Origin: Archangium sp.
GTDB taxonomy: Bacteria > Myxococcota > Myxococcia > Myxococcales > Myxococcaceae
Reading direction: 5' to 3'
Length of the DNA: 15,675 nucleotides
NCBI GenBank assembly: GCA_031367385.1
Contig: JANLPS010000304.1
Location: 1 to 15,675 of the forward strand
The translations under genes and the position numbers were made by a program. Numbering within the stretch: position 1 is the stretch's first letter; every line of letters begins with the position of its first letter. Positions 10,090 to 15,675 of the stretch are shown here, in pieces. Under the pieces are notes generated by a model. The model saw only the letters and a program-made list of their open reading frames with translations, made no database searches and was not told where the DNA came from.

Positions 10090-11090
10090 CAGGCCGACCC
10101 GAGCCGTTCGTTGGCAGCCCCCGCCGGGAGCTGGGGAATGTCGGCGACCTGAATGACGCTCGGCCCCGAAGTCAGCATCACCTTCGCGGCGATGGCCAGC
10201 TTTCGGCCCATCGGCACCCGTGCTCGAGCGACGAAGACATCGTCTGCCTGACGTTCGATGGCCCCGAGAATGCCTCCGTACACGCTCGACATCAGACGCA
10301 CGACCCGCTGCGACCCAAAACCAGTCAAGTGACTGATACCGACCTGCGCGCGAGCATCGAAGGCCCGCGCACGGGCGATTTGAAAGGCCATGAAGCGCCG
10401 CCACCGGGCCCAGGCATTGGCCTCGCGTTCACCGGCTACGAAGCGCGTGAGGTCTGCTTCACTGAGCCCAAACCCCGAGAGCTCGTCGGTCGGCAGGTAC
10501 ACTCTGCCCCGCAGCCAATCTTCGTTCACGTCGCGCAGCACGTTGGTCAGCTGCATCGCGATGCCCAGGTCGGCCGCGAAGGGCAAGCACCGCTCGTCGT
10601 CGAACCCGAGAACGTGGGTCATCATCAGCCCCACCACACCCGCCGCGCGATAGCAGTACAGCCGAAGCGCATCGAAGCTCGCGTAGCGTGACTGGGTGAG
10701 GTCCATCTCCATGCCGTTGATCAGCTCCTGAAACGGAGCCTGTGGAATTCGGAACCGCTCGACCGTGTCTTGAAACGCCGCGAGCTCGTCGTCGCGCCAC
10801 GGCAGCTCGCGCACCGCGCCCGGCGCCTGCGAACCATACATCGAGGCCACCGAGGCACGCGCTCGATCGAGCCGCTTTCGCAGGTCACCAGCAGGCGCAG
10901 TGACCGACCCATCACCCGCGTTGTCGCCGTCGACGAGATCATCGAGCCGGCGACAAAACGCATACAAGGCGAAGGCCGATCGGCGTCGCGCCCCGAACAG
11001 TGCCAGCGACGAAAAGAAGAACGATTTCGAGTGCCTGGCGGTGAGCGCCTTCGCCCGCGCGTACCCCTGCTGCGCGAGCGCCGAGGTCAC
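10089..11090 (-). CDS. crtB: Phytoene synthase
   Basis: HSKSF, LYAFCRRLDDLVD, YCYRAAGVVG and LGIAMQLTNVLRDVNEDWLRGRVYLP motifs. Confidence 0.95.
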   Translation of the reverse strand: MTSALAQQGYARAKALTARHSKSFFFSSLALFGARRRSAFALYAFCRRLDDLVDGDNAGDGSVTAPAGDLRKRLDRARASVASMYGSQAPGAVRELPWRDDELAAFQDTVERFRIPQAPFQELINGMEMDLTQSRYASFDALRLYCYRAAGVVGLMMTHVLGFDDERCLPFAADLGIAMQLTNVLRDVNEDWLRGRVYLPTDELSGFGLSEADLTRFVAGEREANAWARWRRFMAFQIARARAFDARAQVGISHLTGFGSQRVVRLMSSVYGGILGAIERQADDVFVARARVPMGRKLAIAAKVMLTSGPSVIQVADIPQLPAGAANERLGSA

Positions 11091-12613
11091 GCCAGCACCC
11101 GCTCGGTCTCGAGGGCGTTCGGCGTGGCCTGGGTCGCGAGCACCGCACGCCGCGCGATGGCCTGCACCGCCAGCTCAGCAGAGATCATCACCGTGGGTAC
11201 TCCAGTGCCCGGCTGCACCGAGGCGCCGCAAAAGAACAGGTTCTGAATCTTCTCGTCGTACACCTTGGGGCGAAACGGGCCGATCTGAAAAATGTTCTGC
11301 GCCAGCCCGAAGTTCGAGCCGCGAGCGAGGTTGAGCTGGCGCTCCCAGTCGTCGGGGGTGATGACCCGCTCGAGCTCGATGTCGTTCTCGAGATCTCCGA
11401 ACCCGAGCGCTTTGATTCTCGCGAGCACCTTGGCCCGAACCTTCGGCCCCTCGATTCGCCAATCGATCGTCGGCGTTTGATGCGGCACCGGCACCAGCAC
11501 GTAGAGCGCATCTTTACCCTCGGGCGCCATCGACGGGTCGGTTCGAGTCGGAGCGTTGATGTAAAAGCTCGGGTCGTCAGGCACCTGCAGCTTTTCGAAG
11601 ATGTCGCTGAACGAGCCCTCGAAGTCGCGCCCGAAGAACATGTTGTGGTGTTGCAGGCCCTCGACCCGCCGCTTGAGGCCCAGGTAGAGCATGTAGCCAG
11701 ATGAAGTGAACCGCATCTTCTCAAGCTTGGGCTTCGCGCTGACCTTGGGGTCGATGAGGTTCGCGTAGGCCCAGGCCAGGTCGGCGTTGCACACCACCAC
11801 GTCGGCCGATTGAACGCTGCCGTTGCTCAGCTCGACGCCCGTCGCGCGGCCCGCCTCGGTGCGAACCTGCCGAACCGAAGAGTTGAAATGAAAGGTGACT
11901 CCGAGCTCGCGGCACACCGCTTCGAGCGCGCGAGCAATCGCCGACATACCGCCCATGGGAAACCAGATGCCATGGGCGAGCTCGGTGTAGGGGAGCAGCG
12001 AAAACACCGCTGGCGCCTCGTACGGCGAGACGCCCAGGTACATGGTCTGAAAGCTCATCGCCTGCTGCAGCCGCGGGTCATGAAAGGTCTTGGCGACTTG
12101 ATCAAAGAGCGTGCGGTGCGCCCCGATGCGAAAGAAGTGCGGCAGGTTCGACGGCTTGATGAACTGCAACAGCGAGTCGAAGTGCTTGGTGACGAACAGC
12201 GACATCGAGGTGTCGTGGCGATCGCGCCCCTTGGCCAAAAATTGCAGGTATCGCTCGAAGCACCCGGGCTCCAACCGCTCGAGCTCGGCGCGCATCGCGG
12301 TGAGCTCGCTGGTCAAGGTGAGGGTCGAGTCATCGGCGAAGGTGATCTGGTAGTTCGGGTCGCAGCGTCGAAGCTCGACGTAATCGCTGAGCTTTCGACC
12401 CACCGAAGCGAAGGTCTGCTCGAAGACGAAGGGCATCAACAAAATCGTCGGGCCCAAATCGAATTGAAAATCGCCCAACTGCACGCGACCGCAGCGCCCA
12501 CCAGGCTCACCGGTCTTCTCGTGCACGTCGACTCGCCACCCCTGGTGGGCAAGCTTCATCGCCGCGGTGAGGCCGCCGATGCCGGCGCCGATGACGACGG
12601 CCGAGCGGCTCAC
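11087..12613 (-). CDS. crtI: Phytoene desaturase
   Basis: AVVIGAGIGGL, FDLGPTIL, YLGVSP, FPMGGM, PTRTDPSMAPEG and GASVQPGTGVP motifs. GTGA overlaps at both ends. Confidence 0.93.
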   Translation of the reverse strand: MSRSAVVIGAGIGGLTAAMKLAHQGWRVDVHEKTGEPGGRCGRVQLGDFQFDLGPTILLMPFVFEQTFASVGRKLSDYVELRRCDPNYQITFADDSTLTLTSELTAMRAELERLEPGCFERYLQFLAKGRDRHDTSMSLFVTKHFDSLLQFIKPSNLPHFFRIGAHRTLFDQVAKTFHDPRLQQAMSFQTMYLGVSPYEAPAVFSLLPYTELAHGIWFPMGGMSAIARALEAVCRELGVTFHFNSSVRQVRTEAGRATGVELSNGSVQSADVVVCNADLAWAYANLIDPKVSAKPKLEKMRFTSSGYMLYLGLKRRVEGLQHHNMFFGRDFEGSFSDIFEKLQVPDDPSFYINAPTRTDPSMAPEGKDALYVLVPVPHQTPTIDWRIEGPKVRAKVLARIKALGFGDLENDIELERVITPDDWERQLNLARGSNFGLAQNIFQIGPFRPKVYDEKIQNLFFCGASVQPGTGVPTVMISAELAVQAIARRAVLATQATPNALETERVLA

Positions 12614-13668
12614 GACGATCTCCGCACCATGCGGGTCAGCATCGAATCAAGCCCATCGCGCGCGCCGTGATCATTCGGCAGCGTCTCGAGGTTTTTTCGC
12701 GCGGTTCGAGTCATGCGTTCGATGACTCGCTCGGTGGCAGCGCGGCCGCCGTGGGCTTCGATTTCATCACGGGCGAGGCCTAGGGCGCTCGGCCCGCGTA
12801 CTTGGGGTTTCCACAACGCTTCGAGCCGCTCGCGACCCGATGAAGAGGCCCGTGTCCACGCGGCGATGACGGGAAAGGTGCGCTTGCCCTCGGAGTAGTC
12901 AGCGCCTCCATCTTTGCCCGCGATTGTGTCGCTGCCGAACAGGCCGAGCAGATCATCTCGCAGCTGAAAAGCCATGCCCGCCGCGCGGCCGACCCGCTCG
13001 AGCCCGGCCAACAGCTCATCGCTGCCGCCCCCGAGCATCGCGCCCACGACGAGCGGAGCGACGAAGCCATACTTCGCCGTCTTCAAGTGCGCGACCTTCA
13101 GGGTTTGAAACAGCGTCACTTCACCGAGCGGGGCCCGGCTCAGGTCGAGGTCGAGGTACTGGCCGATGGCGGTGTGGCGGCAGATCGCCATCATGTAGCG
13201 GGTCGCGGCGGCGGCACGGGGCGCCCCTGAAGAGAGCATCACCTCGACGGCGCGAGAGTAGAGGTGGTCTCCGAGCACGACCGCCAGGTCGCCGCCCGAG
13301 GCGCTGTCATCACCGAGCATTCGGTGCAGCGCCAAGCCGCCGCGCCGGGTCATCGCCCGGTCGGCCACGTCATCGTGAATCAACATGAACGTGTGCAACA
13401 GCTCGAGGGCGGCGGCAAAGGCCTGCACCCCTCGCGGCACCTCGTGGGCCGGGGCCCGCGCCGCCATGGCCCACCCGGTGACCAACAACGTGGGTCGCAC
13501 CCGCTTCGCCGGCCGCAGCGAATACGCCTTGAGCGTCACCAGCGCCTTCGACCACCGCGGGTCGACCGACTGCTCATCGGGCAGCTCGAGCAGCTGCTCC
13601 AAAGTGCGCTCGAGCTCAGCGTGGAACGGAAGCGCACCAGCGATATCGAGGGGTTGTTCTGCGTTCAC
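12610..13668 (-). CDS. crtE: Geranylgeranyl diphosphate synthase (polyprenyl synthetase)
   Basis: KRVRP, ELLHTFMLIHDDVAD..RRG (FARM, with Phe at -5 as in short-chain synthases), GQYLD, KTAKY, FQLRDDLLG and DYSEGKRT. First gene of the crt operon. Confidence 0.92.
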   Translation of the reverse strand: MNAEQPLDIAGALPFHAELERTLEQLLELPDEQSVDPRWSKALVTLKAYSLRPAKRVRPTLLVTGWAMAARAPAHEVPRGVQAFAAALELLHTFMLIHDDVADRAMTRRGGLALHRMLGDDSASGGDLAVVLGDHLYSRAVEVMLSSGAPRAAAATRYMMAICRHTAIGQYLDLDLSRAPLGEVTLFQTLKVAHLKTAKYGFVAPLVVGAMLGGGSDELLAGLERVGRAAGMAFQLRDDLLGLFGSDTIAGKDGGADYSEGKRTFPVIAAWTRASSSGRERLEALWKPQVRGPSALGLARDEIEAHGGRAATERVIERMTRTARKNLETLPNDHGARDGLDSMLTRMVRRSS

Positions 13669-13677
13669 GGGTGGTGG

Positions 13678-13702
13678 TACGGCCTTTCCTTGAAAGTGTT
13701 TC
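13678..13702 (-). promoter_or_regulatory. ECF-sigma (CarQ-type) promoter for the crt operon: GAAAC-N16-CGTA
   Basis: The minus strand reads GAAAC ACTTTCAAGGAAAGGC CGTA CCACCACCC GTG(crtE). This is the canonical ECF AAC/CGT architecture with a 16-bp spacer. Confidence 0.7.
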
Positions 13703-13712
13703 GGGAGAAATC

Positions 13713-14267
13713 GTGCCTCTTTTCGTCCTCACAACCTTCGCTGCGCTCACCCTGGGCACCGCTCCAGCGCCCTCTTCAGACTCCGCACTCACACGCATGA
13801 ACGCCACACTCGAGACTTCGAGCGGCGACCGCGCCACGCTGACCTCGCTGATCACCAAGAATACGGTGGTCTTTTACGAGGATCGTGACTCGACGACGCT
13901 CAACCAGCACGTGAAAGATGCATTGATCGAGCGCGGCAAGGCCAAGGGCATGCTCGACGCCGTTTCGGTCGTCGCCATCGCCAACGTCAAAGACTGGAAC
14001 TGGTTTCCCGCGCGGAATTTCGTGCTGAAAGCCGTTCGCGACATCGAGGCCAAGGTGCACATTCCCATCTACCTCGACTTCACCGGAGGCATGACCCTGC
14101 CCCCGTGGAACCTGCCGGGCAAGACCTCAACGGTGGTGGTGATGAGCCCGCAAGCACAGCCCCTCTTGCAGTTTAAGGGCCGGCTCAGCGATGCCGAGGT
14201 CGAGAAGCTCTTCTCAATGCTCGAACAGCTGACGACGGCGCCTCCCCCAGCGGGCGAAGCGCCGTAG
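13713..14267 (+). CDS. Exported Cys-less thioredoxin-like fold protein (YtfJ-like)
   Basis: GGGAG RBS 5 nt before the GTG at 13713, a hydrophobic signal peptide, and a redoxin-like pattern (TVVFYED, PIYLDFTG, VVVMSP, FKGRLSDAE) with no cysteine. Confidence 0.6.
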   Translation: MPLFVLTTFAALTLGTAPAPSSDSALTRMNATLETSSGDRATLTSLITKNTVVFYEDRDSTTLNQHVKDALIERGKAKGMLDAVSVVAIANVKDWNWFPARNFVLKAVRDIEAKVHIPIYLDFTGGMTLPPWNLPGKTSTVVVMSPQAQPLLQFKGRLSDAEVEKLFSMLEQLTTAPPPAGEAP

Positions 14268-14280
14268 TCGTTCGACGTTC

Positions 14281-15675
14281 TTACTGAACCTGCGAACCGA
14301 CCAGCTTCACGGTCGCGGTGGGGCCCGCATACCCACGCACCATCACGTACACCGGCGCGTCGGTCGACAGGGTCAGCGCGCAGGTCTCGTTCGATGAGCC
14401 CTTCACGTTGCCGCGGCAGTCATAGCTGCGGGTGGTCGGCTCGAGGCCGGCCCGAACGAACAAGCCCGCGTCGCCGGTGCCGGTCATGCTGAAGGTGTAC
14501 TTGCCGGCCTTGAGCGTCGCGGTGGTGAAGCGAACCACCTGCCCCTGGCTCACGGTGGCGCTCTCGTTCATGCCCGACCAGCTGCCCGGGTCGCCGCCCG
14601 GGTGAAACACGTTGTCTTCTTCGCCGGTGACGACGACGACCTGGCTCGAATCAACCGACTCGAACATCTGCTCATAGGTCATCGGCTTGTCGTAGCTGAG
14701 CAAGCCGCGAACCAGCGCCATCGTGGTGTCAGGCATCTCCGAGAAGTAGGCGGGCATCGCGTTGGTGATGATCTCCATGTACTTGGTGCCGGTCGGGTCG
14801 TCGGTGTTGAGCACCGCGCGGGTCTGGGCCATCGAGCCGTCGACGTAGGCGAAGGTGTCGCAGCCGTTCATCAAGAACATCGCGTATTGCCCTGCGACCC
14901 AGTGGCCCTTGCGAGCGAGCGCGCGCACGTTCGAGCCCAAGCCGGCGTGCCCGTTGTAGGCGATGAGATCGGCGCGGGTCGACAAGGCCTCGTAGCGGGC
15001 GTCGAACTCGGCGGAGGTGTTGCGAACGTTGTCGACCAGCAGCGCGGTGACGACCACTTTGCGGCCGTCGGCGAAGGTGGCGGTGAAGCTCACGTCGGGG
15101 TTGGCGACGCCGGGGCTCGTGGGCACCGAGGCAGGCACGGTGACCGGGTTGAAGGCCGCGAGCTGCGCCCTGACCGCGCGAACGAAGGCATTGAAGGCGG
15201 CGATGCCGGCGTCGGAGCTGGTGGTCGCTCCGTCTTCGTACTTGCCGAACACGGCCACCACGTTGAGCACGCCGTCTTCCCAGACCTTGGTGTACTCGGG
15301 GTATTTGCCGGTGGTGTTCTCGGTGGAGACCGCGACCTGGGCGGTGACGTGAATCACGTCGGCCTCGTCGAAGGCGCAGCCGCTGCGCGCGGGGCGGTAG
15401 TAGTACCAGTAGCTGCCCGAGGTCACGTCATGCGCGGCGAAGTCGACGCAGCTGTGTGAGTACTTGGTCGAGAACGCGTCGAGCCCCGAGTAGTCGGCCA
15501 TCTTCGGCAAGGTGAAGTCGTAGCTGGTGGGCAGGTTCGTCTTCGAGCCCCACGCGACCGGCAGCTTCACGGTGTAGGTGACCCGCGAATTGCCCGAAGC
15601 CAGGGTCTCGGTCTTCTGATCAACGATCACCACTTTGTCCAACCGGCCGACCGCGTCGTCGCCGTTGAGGTGACC
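14281..15675 (-). CDS. Probably secreted protein with a C-terminal PPC (pre-peptidase C-terminal) domain, 5'-truncated by the window edge
   Basis: The frame stays open to the window end (GHLNGDDAVGRLDKVV...). The C-terminal GTGDAGLFVRAG..PT...YDCR...GSSNETC...YVMVRGY is a typical PPC pattern. The core has YNGHAG and MNGC motifs. Confidence 0.8.
   Translation of the reverse strand, partial: GHLNGDDAVGRLDKVVIVDQKTETLASGNSRVTYTVKLPVAWGSKTNLPTSYDFTLPKMADYSGLDAFSTKYSHSCVDFAAHDVTSGSYWYYYRPARSGCAFDEADVIHVTAQVAVSTENTTGKYPEYTKVWEDGVLNVVAVFGKYEDGATTSSDAGIAAFNAFVRAVRAQLAAFNPVTVPASVPTSPGVANPDVSFTATFADGRKVVVTALLVDNVRNTSAEFDARYEALSTRADLIAYNGHAGLGSNVRALARKGHWVAGQYAMFLMNGCDTFAYVDGSMAQTRAVLNTDDPTGTKYMEIITNAMPAYFSEMPDTTMALVRGLLSYDKPMTYEQMFESVDSSQVVVVTGEEDNVFHPGGDPGSWSGMNESATVSQGQVVRFTTATLKAGKYTFSMTGTGDAGLFVRAGLEPTTRSYDCRGNVKGSSNETCALTLSTDAPVYVMVRGYAGPTATVKLVGSQVQ

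Noticed and set aside
10090..10404. N-terminal extension of the crtD ORF in the track (also the extensions on crtC, aroC, the hydrolase, the acyltransferase and the lipoprotein)
   Set aside because: These extensions overlap real upstream genes. Internal starts give clean coupled junctions and family-typical N-termini.
13683..13691. AAGGAAAGG (minus strand) as the crtE ribosome-binding site
   Set aside because: It lies 14 nt from the GTG and inside the predicted ECF promoter spacer. It would matter only if an upstream promoter exists.
13669..13780. Search for a CarA/CarH-type operator or a TTGACA-type promoter upstream of crtE
   Set aside because: I saw no convincing tandem direct repeats, palindromes or sigma70 -35/-10 pair by eye.
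14602..15459. 285-aa plus-strand ORF
   Set aside because: It is an antisense shadow of the PPC-domain gene.

Overview
GC-rich bacterial DNA whose gene content and order look myxobacterial (inference, not a database result). The window holds four blocks. (1) A minus-strand shikimate operon: a three-domain shikimate kinase/type I dehydroquinase/shikimate dehydrogenase fusion, then aroC, then aroB (missed by the ORF track, runs off the left edge). (2) A plus-strand alpha/beta hydrolase, a 6-TM class III adenylate cyclase and a small Cys-rich lipoprotein. (3) A tightly coupled minus-strand carotenoid operon, crtE-crtI-crtB-crtD-crtC-(38-aa mini-ORF)-glycosyltransferase-acyltransferase, with no cyclase or regulator genes and an ECF/CarQ-type promoter (GAAAC-N16-CGTA) just upstream of crtE. 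(4) A divergent Cys-less thioredoxin-like/YtfJ-like gene, and the 3' part of a PPC-domain protein with a possible clan-CD His/Cys dyad. I saw no RNA genes, CRISPR arrays or mobile elements.
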